The notes: generated by a model not told the origin, from the sequence alone. DNA of 20,000 nucleotides from an uncultured virus (IMG/VR IMGVR_UViG_3300020147_000003) (IMGVR_UViG_3300020147_000003); one strand, 5' to 3'; positions 1 to 8,569 are shown, counted from the stretch's first letter. Numbers and translations are program-made.

Positions 1-140
1 CAGGGAGGGAATTCAACTCCCCAGAAGAGGCAAAGGAAGCCATTAAGAATTGCACCCAAGTTGTTTTTAAGGACGGCACCGGTATGGTAAGACCCAAAGA
101 CGGATTACAATTTACCATCTTTGAGTTTTTCTCCTTTTAG
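1..140 (+). CDS. 3' end of a convergent hypothetical protein (partial)
   Basis: Frame 3 is open from the window edge (GREFNSPEEAKEAIKNCTQVVFKDGTGMVRPKDGLQFTIFEFFSF) to TAG at 138-140 and overlaps the stop of the minus-strand gene at 137-139. Confidence 0.55.
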   Translation, partial: GREFNSPEEAKEAIKNCTQVVFKDGTGMVRPKDGLQFTIFEFFSF

Positions 141-472
141 CCATTTTTCTTTTTCAGCATTTCAATGGCGCCTAAAAATTCCCTGACCGATAGGTTTCTG
201 GGCTGGAAAATGCCGTGCGTCTGGAGTGCAAGACAAGTTTCGTCGAAGCCCTTTTTCATTTTCACCTCGACGCCTTCCGGCCCATCAAAACGCTCGGGTT
301 GGTGAAGGTTAAAAAGGTATTCATCAATTTTTTCAATTTCCTTTTGCTTATTACTCCCTGTGATAATTCCATCGAGGGTTAAAATCAATCGCTGCTTCAG
401 GCGCTCGGCTGTTTCGGTTTGGGCGGATGATCTGGCGTACTGAGGATAGAACGCTTCAATCTCAAAATCCAT
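137..472 (-). CDS. C-terminal (-1 frame) part of probable tail assembly chaperone
   Basis: Its ATG lies in the -1 frame at the end of an A10 run (T TTA AAA AAA AAA TGG) inside the upstream ORF. The fused reading ...DLKKKMDFEIEAFYP... resembles Bacteroidota phage proteins I recall. Confidence 0.6.
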   Translation of the reverse strand: MDFEIEAFYPQYARSSAQTETAERLKQRLILTLDGIITGSNKQKEIEKIDEYLFNLHQPERFDGPEGVEVKMKKGFDETCLALQTHGIFQPRNLSVREFLGAIEMLKKKNG

Positions 473-852
473 TTTTTTTTTAAATCGGACACCTTAGAAG
501 AAAGGAAAGATAGGGGAGTTTGACTTGTGGCAAGCATAGCGGCAACTTGCTCCGCGCTGAGGTGAGAAACATCACGGCCGTCGATTGTCCGGACCGTAGC
601 TGCGTAGGCAACAGGAATAAGGCTTGCCCGGTTTTTTACAAGGGAAATGTTCTGGATAGAATTAATAAGGCAGGTTGCAGCCTTTTCAGGTTCCTTGGCT
701 TCGATATACTTGTAGGCGGTTATCAAAAGGCTTTCCAACCCGTCAATTCCCCCTCCAGCTCCGGCCTCAATCATTAAAGCAAGTTGAAAGTCATGGTATC
801 TGTGGGCTGGAATATCTTCAATGCCGGTAAAATGTTCAGTGTGTCTTTTCAT
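397..852 (-). CDS. N-terminal part of probable tail assembly chaperone (phage protein)
   Basis: 151 aa helical protein that overlaps the next ORF by 76 nt through a slippery run. The tail after KKK (WILRLKRSILSTPDHPPKPKQPSA) looks out-of-frame. Confidence 0.6.
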   Translation of the reverse strand: MKRHTEHFTGIEDIPAHRYHDFQLALMIEAGAGGGIDGLESLLITAYKYIEAKEPEKAATCLINSIQNISLVKNRASLIPVAYAATVRTIDGRDVSHLSAEQVAAMLATSQTPLSFLSSKVSDLKKKWILRLKRSILSTPDHPPKPKQPSA

Positions 853-859
853 CCCGTCT

Positions 860-1417
860 TTAATTTGCTTGCCTGTTTAATAACCTTTCAAAAATTCGAA
901 CCCTCTGTCCCTTGTATTCCATTTCTCCAACCTCCACCCTTGCCGCAGTTGGCATCTCCGAACCCTCTGGCCAGATCTCGAAAAGTTGACCTCCAATTTT
1001 GAAGGTCTTTATTGGCTTCAGTTCTTTTTTCATAAAAACTTTGTGAAGTGAATATTCACCCAGGGGTCTGTAAAACCCCTGGGACATTTCTTGTTCATCG
1101 GTATAAGCGCTATCTGGGTAATTGTATTCCTCTAGTGCCACCCCGCATTTTTTACTGTAACATGAAACCAAAGTCCAGTTTTGACATACTTGCCGTGGCG
1201 GGACCGTTTCTCCCAGCGTGGTCGACGGCCATGCCTTAACTTTATCTCCTTCGAGGAAATAAACCGTTACGTCTCCTTGAACGGCCATTAAATCGTTGAG
1301 GCCCTCGTTTTCCAGTTCTTGCCGCTGGTCAAGGGTGAAAATTCCAGGCAATATTTCGGTTTGCCCGAAAAGAAAAGAAGGCAACAGGGCTATGACGAAA
1401 AGCAGCTTTTTCATCAT
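860..1417 (-). CDS. Exported hypothetical protein (Sec signal peptide)
   Basis: N-terminus MMKKLLFVIALLPSFLFG|Q; 4-nt overlap with the upstream gene's stop; three clustered Cys. Confidence 0.8.
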   Translation of the reverse strand: MMKKLLFVIALLPSFLFGQTEILPGIFTLDQRQELENEGLNDLMAVQGDVTVYFLEGDKVKAWPSTTLGETVPPRQVCQNWTLVSCYSKKCGVALEEYNYPDSAYTDEQEMSQGFYRPLGEYSLHKVFMKKELKPIKTFKIGGQLFEIWPEGSEMPTAARVEVGEMEYKGQRVRIFERLLNRQAN

Positions 1418-2088
1418 AGCAGCTTTTTAAACCGGGCCTGGTTGTAGGTGCCGTGACTTGCGAGTCCGTACACTATGCCGCCTATCAGCGCCCGGCGTAA
1501 AATGGTTTTGGCTTTCGGCTTTTCTCCGATCGTCAGGCAGAGGGTTCCAGTTACCAATCCGAAATTTTTAACCGCCCCGGATAGGTGCCAGGCGTCGGTT
1601 GTCCATACCAAAACAGTCTTACTTCCGGGATAGGCTTCCCGTAAGTCCCCGGCGTCGTAGTCTCGATACTTGCGCTTCCATTGCTCCTTGCCCCAAAACC
1701 CTTCCGAATTATCACCAAAACCCCCTTCCGCATGAATAGCCTGATTGTAACCGTTCGCCATGCCAGCCATTCCGAGCAGAGCGTAGCCGGTCAGTTCTTT
1801 GAGTAGGTTGTTTTTGGGTGGTTCGTAACTAAGGCCGTGTGGTAAATAAATTACCGTACCGGGTGCGGAAACGATATATCGGTTATTAAAACCTAATATC
1901 GAGGTAGAACCAATTGGAAATGAGTCAAGCGGGATTGACCAAGATGGAGGGCTTACAGTGATAAAACCGGTATTAGGGAAACTGTCGCAATCTACCGCCG
2001 TGACAATGCCTCCATTTGTATAAATTCCGGGGTCCTGACTTTTGGTTAAGCCCGGCAAAAAGAGAAGAAAAAAGAGTAAGAATTTCAT
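1414..2088 (-). CDS. Signal-peptide membrane protein, 224 aa (start revised to 2088)
   Basis: ATG at 2088 gives MKFLLFFLLFLPGLTKS|Q and removes the overlap with the upstream gene. The C-terminal half has hydrophobic helices and an FW..WKRKY..G...TDAWH motif I recall from uncharacterised Bacteroidota phage membrane proteins. Confidence 0.78.
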   Translation of the reverse strand: MKFLLFFLLFLPGLTKSQDPGIYTNGGIVTAVDCDSFPNTGFITVSPPSWSIPLDSFPIGSTSILGFNNRYIVSAPGTVIYLPHGLSYEPPKNNLLKELTGYALLGMAGMANGYNQAIHAEGGFGDNSEGFWGKEQWKRKYRDYDAGDLREAYPGSKTVLVWTTDAWHLSGAVKNFGLVTGTLCLTIGEKPKAKTILRRALIGGIVYGLASHGTYNQARFKKLL

Positions 2089-2129
2089 GTGATTTGTGTT
2101 TAGCCGGGTGCCGAATAGTGTGTTATGGG

Positions 2130-2741
2130 TTATTGCTTTTTGATTAGCAAATACTTCGTTCCGTTCCTTGCAGATACCCACTTTCCAGACGGTCTTAACT
2201 TAAAAGTTAAGTTGAACGCAAAGAAGTTTCGCAATACAATCGCCCCGTTCGGTTTAGGCTGAATTGTACCCGTTTTCGGCGTCCCGATGGCGTCAAGTTG
2301 CGATACCACCCCATTTGCGAAAGTCACCACGTAGCTTTTTCTATCGCCAACTTCCGGGCTTTCGATAAGCTGATAGGTGCCATTGATTGCTTGTTGGATT
2401 TGCTGAACCAACACAGTGTCGAGCGGTTGCCCTGCGAGCTGTTGGTAAAGCGTGGCGTAGGAAGTACGCAGGGCTTTGGCGTTGTCCAATTGCTCCTGCG
2501 CTTTCTCAATATTGGCGTCGGTCTGCAAAGCCAGTTGAAGCAGGGTTTGCTTCATCCTTTCTTTGTTCACCCCATCATCAAGAACTAATTGGGTAGCAGT
2601 CAAAACTCCATCCGAAAAAGTCTTTTGCTCCAGGTTGTAAGAACTGTCGGCCGGGACCAGGACGAGGGTGACCGTGGTTGTTTGTTGTGCATTTGCAAAG
2701 GCCATGAAAAGGCCCAAAATCAGTGTCAGAAGGATTTTCAT
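2130..2741 (-). CDS. Exported hypothetical protein, possible fibre-associated chaperone
   Basis: MKILLTLILGLFMAFANA|Q signal peptide, central coiled coil, beta-rich ends; directly follows the large fibre gene. The function is inferred from position only. Confidence 0.8.
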   Translation of the reverse strand: MKILLTLILGLFMAFANAQQTTTVTLVLVPADSSYNLEQKTFSDGVLTATQLVLDDGVNKERMKQTLLQLALQTDANIEKAQEQLDNAKALRTSYATLYQQLAGQPLDTVLVQQIQQAINGTYQLIESPEVGDRKSYVVTFANGVVSQLDAIGTPKTGTIQPKPNGAIVLRNFFAFNLTFKLRPSGKWVSARNGTKYLLIKKQ

Positions 2742-2753
2742 AAGTATTTTAAA

Positions 2754-5700
2754 TTATTTAATTACTGCCCAGAAATAGCCTGCTCCGTTCTGGATGCACC
2801 GAACACGGCCGCTGTTTCCTGTGCTGTTTTGAAAAGCAATAGTATGTGCAGCGGCGCTGTTGTTATAGAAGCCATTCGACCCGGACACAGTCGTAACGGT
2901 CCAGGTGTCCGAAGCGGGTGTCCCGTTTACCCGTACAAATTCGACTATGATTCCCTTATATTCCGCTTTTGGGTTCGGGATGGTCGTGGTGAAACTTCCG
3001 CCTGAAAGATTTCCCAGGATGAAATTGTGCCTTGCCGGCAGGCTTAATATCGTATCTGCCGCCGTTTGGTTTGCCAACTGCTCAAACAGCTTTACCTCCT
3101 TTGCCAGGTCGCCGGCATCCAAGCCGACCAGCGTCATGGTTGCGGAATCCGGAACAACTGCATTTATCTTCAAGCCGGCACCCGCTGTAACGGTGCCTAT
3201 CTCCGTTACTTCCGCGCCGTCCGTTGAGTTTACAACAAAATGCGACCCGCCACCTTGGATGGTTACAGAAAAAGCTGATGAATTATTGTCGGCAATATTG
3301 AAGGCATGCGCCTGGCTTGCATTCACTTGATAAGCGGTATTTCCCGAGTTGTGGACCAGGCGCATGATTCCCGCATCGGTCAAAAGCCATTCTGCCACGA
3401 ACGTTGCCCCGGTCGTATTAAGCAACCTGAAACTTGCCGTTCCGCTTTGCCCCGCCGTGGAGCCGGAGCCCCTCGAAAGGATATTTCCGTCGCTCCGGGT
3501 TTGGCCATTCACGGCCAAGCGTACACCTGTGACAGCAGCCATTCCGATACCCACCAACTGCGAACTGTTAATGTCTATCCCCGTTGCGCCGCCGGTGTTC
3601 AGCCGAATATTGCTGCTTCCGACCAGGTACATGCCGGTATTATTGTCAGAATTAAAGGAATAGGACGGGTTTGAAGCCGTCCCGCTTTGCGCAAGGGTTT
3701 GGCCTATATTCGATACCCTGAACTTCTCTGCCGCTGCAGCTCCCGCCGCTTTTAGCTTAACCACAAAATCCGCATCCTCGCTTGCATTTGTGGCATCCGT
3801 CCAAACTACGTCGAGCATACCGGCACTTTCCAAGTTTCCGGCAGCATCTTCTACCTTAAAATCGTAGCCAACGCCGAAGCCGGCGGCTGCTGTGCTGGAG
3901 GTGGAATGTTCGATGTTGAAGGGGTAGGTGACGGTGGTAGTTCCGGCATCGTTGGTTTTGCTGGAAAGCGTTGTTCCGTCGAAAATCAAATCGGCGTCCC
4001 CGCCAAGCGTGTTTGTACCAGTGCCATAACCAACTTGGTTTGCGGCGATGGAGCCGCCGATGGTGCCTGTAAGCGTTGTCCACGTCGGCGGAGAACCGGC
4101 CCCGGCGCTGGTGAGAACCTGGCCGGAAGTGCCTGCCTGGTTATTCGGCAGCAAGGCCGATGAAAACCGAAGAGTGCCGGTGATTTCCGTTCCGGTAGTG
4201 AGCCATCGTTGTGCTTCCAATCCCCCGGCGCTCATAGCGACGATATTGGTGCCGGGACGCCAAAGACCTCCGTCCGTGTCGGACGTGAAGGTAAGAGCGG
4301 GTGCGCCTGCCGTGCCGTCGCCCAGCTTCAATAGCCCGGTGAGCGTGGCGTTGGGAACGGAGAGAATGGAACTGGAGTAGTTGAAATTGGCGTCGTGATT
4401 AGTTCCATTCGTTCCGGCATAATCAATTGCCCCCACACTCAAAGCTGATATAGTGGAAGCAACTGTATTAAAGGCAGTTGACTCCGTACCTAATCCCCAA
4501 CCCACCTGGAAATCTTCAAATTCTTGTACAGTGGCACTCCCACCGCTTTTGTCAAATTGGAGGTCGAAAAACCAAACGCCTGAGCCAGTCCATGATGTTG
4601 AAATGTCTCCAATCCATATTTTGCCTCTTGTTCCGTCATCACCAAACCGGAACACCATGCGGGTATCGTTGGGTCGGCCTGAATGCCAGGTAATGCCTGT
4701 ATTTGCCCATGCTCTTGTTGCATAATTATATTGGCCGTGAATGGTAAAACCTCTCTTAGTTGCAATTGAAGTGAAATTAATTTCTCCGCTTAATTGAAAA
4801 TTGTAAGTACCTGTAAGATTGGCAGTTGCAGGAGGGAGGGTAATTTCCATAGCTCCTGTGAAACTTCCCAAGTAGTCTCCAAAAATCATGGGTAAGTATT
4901 CGCGATAATTTAAAAGGTTGCCGCTTGAAATTCCCCTTATACGACTATATTGAACAGGATTGCTATATGTTAGATTCACCGTGCCAAAAGCGCTGGTTTC
5001 TCTTGTTACTGTCCAGCCGGATGAAATTTCATTGAGACCGATGCTACCTGTAACAGCTCTATACACCACATTCTCTACACTGACCGATGTGCCCGACGTT
5101 GACCACACGGTTGCAAGTTCACCAATCCAGACCTTCAGTTGTCCACCTTCATGCCCCAGTCTGATGCTCATATTTTGGAAAGCGCTCGTTGGGGAAGTAT
5201 AATAGACGTTGCTATGGCCTGTCCACTGAATACTACCTCCTCCCAGAACATAACCATTGACATGAATAACCGAAGACCTGGAGCCAGAATTAAGCTTGAC
5301 GTCGAATTGTATATTGGCGACGCTCATTGAAGCCAATGCTGGAATTGATATTTCAATCGAGCCGGTATTAGAGCCATTTGCAACATAACCAACACCCCCA
5401 CCGGGGTTGATTATTTTTCCTACCGCTGACTCAACTCTTCCAGCGACGAGCGCTGTAGTGCCTCCGATTGTAACGTAGGTTCCGTCGTCGGTAATTTGCG
5501 AATTTCCAAGCGTAGAAGTCCCCGTCCATTTCGTCATGGTGTTCGAGGTGCCAGTCCCCGTCGGATAACTCGGCGAGAAATACTCCAGCGCCGTTGCCCC
5601 CGCATTTACCCGCAGCAGTTGCAGGGCGGTGCCGAGGGCCGTCAGCCCCGTGCCGCCGTTGGCGATGGGCAGCGTACCACTCACGTGCGTCGTCAGCCCG

Positions 5701-6752
5701 ATTTTTCCCCATGCCGGGGCAGTGCCCACTCCGCCAGAAATGAGGGCGTTGCCGGTGGCTACGCCTGCAAGTTTCGCCAGGGAGTTGGTGCCATCCGCAT
5801 AGAGCAAATCTCCAACCGTATAAGAGGAAAACCCGGTGCCGCCATTAATTACCGGAATGGCCCCGGTAAGGCCCAAAATACCCCCGGAAAGTGTAAAGTT
5901 TGAGCCAATACTGATTTCCTCCACCGTCCCGCTGCCGGCTGTATACCGGCCCAAAATCCGGTTATTCGTGACGTTCTGAATACGGTTGTAAGTAACGGAC
6001 TGGGGAGCTATCTCCGTGGTGCCAACGGCATTTGGAACGAGTTGGAGGTTATTGTATGTGCCAGACACATCACCGCCAAACGACGTCAACACTTGCAAAA
6101 TGCTGGTGATATTCACCCCATCGAGCAGGTCGGCGTCCAAGCCGGAGCCGGACCCGTCATTTCCAGCGTGCCAGGGGGTGAAAGCAAGGTCCAAAAGGGT
6201 AATGCTTGCATCGTCAATTTCGGTGCTTCCTACTGCATCCGGATCAATATCCCAAACTGCTCCGGAACTCGAAACTGTAATATCCCCTTTGTCACCATCG
6301 GAGGTTGTCAGGTTTGAAATCACGTTGTCCAGCCGTTGCCGGAACCGGGCATCGATAAGTTGTTGCAGATCGTCCCGAAGGTTGCAGATGTAAAGGGGGA
6401 AAAAGAAGTTGTCAGTTGGCCGAAGGATAGCCGCTTCGCTACCCGTTGGAACGATACCGGAATCGTTGGGATCGTCGGCGGTAAAGGTGGCAACCCCCAA
6501 GGAAACTGAGGGCGTGGAGGTAACCACAAGGATTACTAAGTCGTTATTTTCAATCAAATAAAGGCTGTCACCCGGCGCGATTTCATTCGCCGTCCAACGG
6601 CTTAAACAGTCGTTCAACCTCACTGAAACCGTATAGGGGTCACCGCCCGTCAGGGTTTCAATATCAACCCTGGAGGCGAAATTTATCCCTGGGGTTTGGC
6701 TGAAACCAGCAACCCCAAAAAGCAAAATGGAAAAGGCAATTAGGTAGCGCAT
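2754..6752 (-). CDS. Large tail-fibre-like / adhesin protein with signal peptide (1332 aa)
   Basis: G/T/S-rich, with fibre motifs DGDKGDITV, GSGLDADLLDG, PVINGGTG/PIANGGTG, GTAGAPALTFTSDTDGG and GTASNPSYSFNSDNNTG; N-terminal MRYLIAFSILLFGVAGFS|Q. Confidence 0.8.
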   Translation of the reverse strand: MRYLIAFSILLFGVAGFSQTPGINFASRVDIETLTGGDPYTVSVRLNDCLSRWTANEIAPGDSLYLIENNDLVILVVTSTPSVSLGVATFTADDPNDSGIVPTGSEAAILRPTDNFFFPLYICNLRDDLQQLIDARFRQRLDNVISNLTTSDGDKGDITVSSSGAVWDIDPDAVGSTEIDDASITLLDLAFTPWHAGNDGSGSGLDADLLDGVNITSILQVLTSFGGDVSGTYNNLQLVPNAVGTTEIAPQSVTYNRIQNVTNNRILGRYTAGSGTVEEISIGSNFTLSGGILGLTGAIPVINGGTGFSSYTVGDLLYADGTNSLAKLAGVATGNALISGGVGTAPAWGKIGLTTHVSGTLPIANGGTGLTALGTALQLLRVNAGATALEYFSPSYPTGTGTSNTMTKWTGTSTLGNSQITDDGTYVTIGGTTALVAGRVESAVGKIINPGGGVGYVANGSNTGSIEISIPALASMSVANIQFDVKLNSGSRSSVIHVNGYVLGGGSIQWTGHSNVYYTSPTSAFQNMSIRLGHEGGQLKVWIGELATVWSTSGTSVSVENVVYRAVTGSIGLNEISSGWTVTRETSAFGTVNLTYSNPVQYSRIRGISSGNLLNYREYLPMIFGDYLGSFTGAMEITLPPATANLTGTYNFQLSGEINFTSIATKRGFTIHGQYNYATRAWANTGITWHSGRPNDTRMVFRFGDDGTRGKIWIGDISTSWTGSGVWFFDLQFDKSGGSATVQEFEDFQVGWGLGTESTAFNTVASTISALSVGAIDYAGTNGTNHDANFNYSSSILSVPNATLTGLLKLGDGTAGAPALTFTSDTDGGLWRPGTNIVAMSAGGLEAQRWLTTGTEITGTLRFSSALLPNNQAGTSGQVLTSAGAGSPPTWTTLTGTIGGSIAANQVGYGTGTNTLGGDADLIFDGTTLSSKTNDAGTTTVTYPFNIEHSTSSTAAAGFGVGYDFKVEDAAGNLESAGMLDVVWTDATNASEDADFVVKLKAAGAAAAEKFRVSNIGQTLAQSGTASNPSYSFNSDNNTGMYLVGSSNIRLNTGGATGIDINSSQLVGIGMAAVTGVRLAVNGQTRSDGNILSRGSGSTAGQSGTASFRLLNTTGATFVAEWLLTDAGIMRLVHNSGNTAYQVNASQAHAFNIADNNSSAFSVTIQGGGSHFVVNSTDGAEVTEIGTVTAGAGLKINAVVPDSATMTLVGLDAGDLAKEVKLFEQLANQTAADTILSLPARHNFILGNLSGGSFTTTIPNPKAEYKGIIVEFVRVNGTPASDTWTVTTVSGSNGFYNNSAAAHTIAFQNSTGNSGRVRCIQNGAGYFWAVIK
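4460..5370 (-). repeat. Tandemly duplicated ~130-aa domain within the fibre gene
   Basis: TGSIEISIP...IRLGHEGGQLKVWIGE...GW...TSAFGTV (about 5370-4977) matches TGAMEITLP...FRFGDDGTRGKIWIGD...GW...STAFNTV (about 4865-4460). Boundaries are approximate. Confidence 0.8.
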
Positions 6753-6757
6753 GGTTA

Positions 6758-7864
6758 TTATCGGTTAGTCCATTGGAATTTGTGCAGGTGCTTGTTTCCG
6801 GACGGCACGTTGGTCATCCGGACCTTTATCACCCCGGAACCGGAAGAGGAAAAGCCATATGGCTGCATTCCTGGGGTATTGTCGTGGTCGTATTGGCAGG
6901 AAGCCGAAGGGCTACCGGCTGAAACATTGGCATTGTAGATAAGTCGCTGGGCATGTGGGATGGCCTCGAAGTCGTTGGTTCCTGCTCCGTTCAAAATGAA
7001 GTCGATGGTGCAGGAAGCACCGTGAGAATTGTTATAGGTATCGATAACTTCCAAAAGCTGAATAACCCCGCCCGAAACGTTTACCGTGATTGTGGCTGTT
7101 CCGGTTCCCTCCCCCGCTCGAGCTACTGTGACTGTTGGGGTGCCGGATATGGTTTTGTAAATTACCCTGGTAACGTTGTTGGCGTCAGTCCCGGAAACAT
7201 CGTTCACCGCCGTAATGGTGGCGGTTGAAACAGTGGTGTTCGTTACCCCGGTAATTCGCCCGTCTTCGTCTACTGTAATAACAGGAATTTGGGTTGCGGA
7301 CCCATACGAGCCAGGGGAAACGGCAGTAGAGGCAAGTTCAGTTGCACCGACACTTCCGGAAGCAATTTGTAGGTTGGAAAATGTACCGGAAATATCGCCC
7401 CCGGCGCTGGTCGCTGAAGTTACTGGGGTAAAGGCCAGGTCAGCGGCGGCAATGGTCCCATCCAGAATTTTCCCTGTTGTAATCGCATTAGGGTCTATGG
7501 TCCAGGTGGCCCCGGTTCCTGAAACGGTGATGTCGCCTTTGTCCCCGTCAGTTACACCCCCGGCTGTTGCGTCAACGTAGGTTTTAATTGCTTTCTGGGA
7601 CACCAGCTTCCGGTCTGAAGGAGTAGCGAACGTGGCGTCTGTCGAAAAGGCGTCGATACCTATAAGCCGATCCACCGGGAGCGTATCTTCAGCCGGAAAA
7701 AAATGGGAGGCCATCCAGTCCCGGTAATCGGTTTGGGTAGGCTTATCGCCCGTTTCAAACCTTCCATGCAGGTAGGACCGAGTTCTGACAGTTTGAGATT
7801 GGAGAGAATAAAGGAAGGATAAAAGGAATACGCCCGAAAGTAGAGCAGGCAAAAACTTTTTCAT
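6758..7864 (-). CDS. Short tail-fibre-like protein with signal peptide, 368 aa (start revised to 7864)
   Basis: ATG at 7864 gives MKKFLPALLSGVFLLSFLYSLQS|Q and lies downstream of a promoter and leader motifs. It has an FETGDKPTQ N-terminal motif and shares the DGDKGDITV...DLAFTP...GGDxSGT module with the 1332-aa protein. Confidence 0.8.
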   Translation of the reverse strand: MKKFLPALLSGVFLLSFLYSLQSQTVRTRSYLHGRFETGDKPTQTDYRDWMASHFFPAEDTLPVDRLIGIDAFSTDATFATPSDRKLVSQKAIKTYVDATAGGVTDGDKGDITVSGTGATWTIDPNAITTGKILDGTIAAADLAFTPVTSATSAGGDISGTFSNLQIASGSVGATELASTAVSPGSYGSATQIPVITVDEDGRITGVTNTTVSTATITAVNDVSGTDANNVTRVIYKTISGTPTVTVARAGEGTGTATITVNVSGGVIQLLEVIDTYNNSHGASCTIDFILNGAGTNDFEAIPHAQRLIYNANVSAGSPSASCQYDHDNTPGMQPYGFSSSGSGVIKVRMTNVPSGNKHLHKFQWTNR

Positions 7865-7867
7865 TGT

Positions 7868-7881
7868 TGTACCGTGTTTTT
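7868..7881 (-). promoter_or_regulatory. Leader motif B (AAAAACACGGTACA), copy 1
   Basis: Exact core shared with copies at 9166-9182, 15135-15151 and 18126-18142; all lie within 5 nt of an ATG. Confidence 0.8.
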
Positions 7882-7890
7882 CCCCGCTTT

Positions 7891-7904
7891 GCCTGCTCCT
7901 AAGC
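7891..7904 (-). promoter_or_regulatory. Leader motif A (GCTTAGGAGCAGGC)
   Basis: Near-identical to 18156-18169 (-) and 18338-18349 (+); 26 nt before the ATG at 7864. Confidence 0.8.
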
Positions 7905-7922
7905 GTCTGCGGATTGATAGAA

Positions 7923-7930
7923 CAAATATA
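7923..7930 (-). promoter_or_regulatory. Bacteroidota sigmaA -7 element (TATATTTG)
   Basis: Matches TAnnTTTG; sits between a terminator and the leader of the exported-protein cluster. Confidence 0.7.
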
Positions 7931-7943
7931 AAGACATTCTATT

Positions 7944-7968
7944 AAAAAAGCGGGGTTTAATGCCCCGC
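7944..7968 (-). terminator. Intrinsic terminator after holin
   Basis: GCGGGG-CATTAAA-CCCCGC followed by TTTTTT on the minus strand. Confidence 0.8.
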
Positions 7969-8029
7969 CCGTTCCGCCCAGCAATGGCCGGCTCCACGCA
8001 GCCGGGGTCTAAGGGCGGAATGTTTCCTG

Positions 8030-8473
8030 TTATTTCTTCAGATTTAGAATACGCTCGAAAATGTGCTTAATGTCTTTCCAGATTGGGGTCCCCGTAACCT
8101 GCTCCACGTTTTCAATGTTGCTTTTAAATTCAGTCCTTGCAATTAGCAAGGTGACTAGGTAGGTGACGTAAGGGATGCCGAATACCTTTTCCATTCCCTC
8201 TGCTGCCAGAATAGCGATAAAATACAGGGTGATTTTTTCAACAGACCGGCGAAAACCCCTCGATGTTATGGTTTCACCGCGCTCTTTTGCGGCCATTACC
8301 CCGGTAATGAAATCGGCAACCACCAACGCCATTACCAGCCCCAGGAACGGAACCAACGGCGACAGCTTCGCTGCCAGCCAACTGGCCAGCACCAACAGCA
8401 GGCCCAGTATTTCCTCATGTGTAGAAAATTTGTTCATGGAGACGTTTTTAAGGTAATTCAAAGTTGTTTTCAT
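8030..8473 (-). CDS. Phage holin (Phage_holin_4_1-like)
   Basis: Several TM segments and the characteristic D-F-I-T-G...I-T-S-R-G-F-R-R...K...E-F-K-S-N-I-E-N pattern. Confidence 0.88.
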   Translation of the reverse strand: MKTTLNYLKNVSMNKFSTHEEILGLLLVLASWLAAKLSPLVPFLGLVMALVVADFITGVMAAKERGETITSRGFRRSVEKITLYFIAILAAEGMEKVFGIPYVTYLVTLLIARTEFKSNIENVEQVTGTPIWKDIKHIFERILNLKK

Positions 8474-8519
8474 TGTCCGATCTTTTTTCGCCTTTTTTCA
8501 TTGGGCCAAGGTGCTTGAT

Positions 8520-8552
8520 TGGCAGGGGCTACCTCTCAAGCAACCCCTGCCA
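8520..8552 (-). other. GC-rich intergenic hairpin upstream of holin
   Basis: TGGCAGGGG/CCCCTGCCA perfect 9-bp stem, extendable to about 15 bp with G-U pairs; no U tract. Confidence 0.7.
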
Positions 8553-8569
8553 GTGTCGAATTTTAGGTA

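Noticed and set aside
2089..2181. 31-aa extension of the 255-aa ORF call
   Set aside because: It overlaps the upstream gene; the ATG at 2088 gives a signal peptide.
2754..6752. DGR target, shufflon, S74 chaperone or T9SS CTD in the fibre gene
   Set aside because: I saw no nucleotide-level template/variable repeat pair, no inverted recombination sites or RT/recombinase gene, and no SD.RLK or YPNP-type motif.
7865..7984. 40-aa N-terminal extension of the 408-aa ORF call
   Set aside because: It crosses a terminator, a promoter and leader motifs; the ATG at 7864 gives a clean signal peptide.
8526..8542. GCTTGAGAGGTAG in the holin-upstream hairpin as a fifth motif A copy
   Set aside because: Only a loose resemblance; the GAGCAG core is absent.
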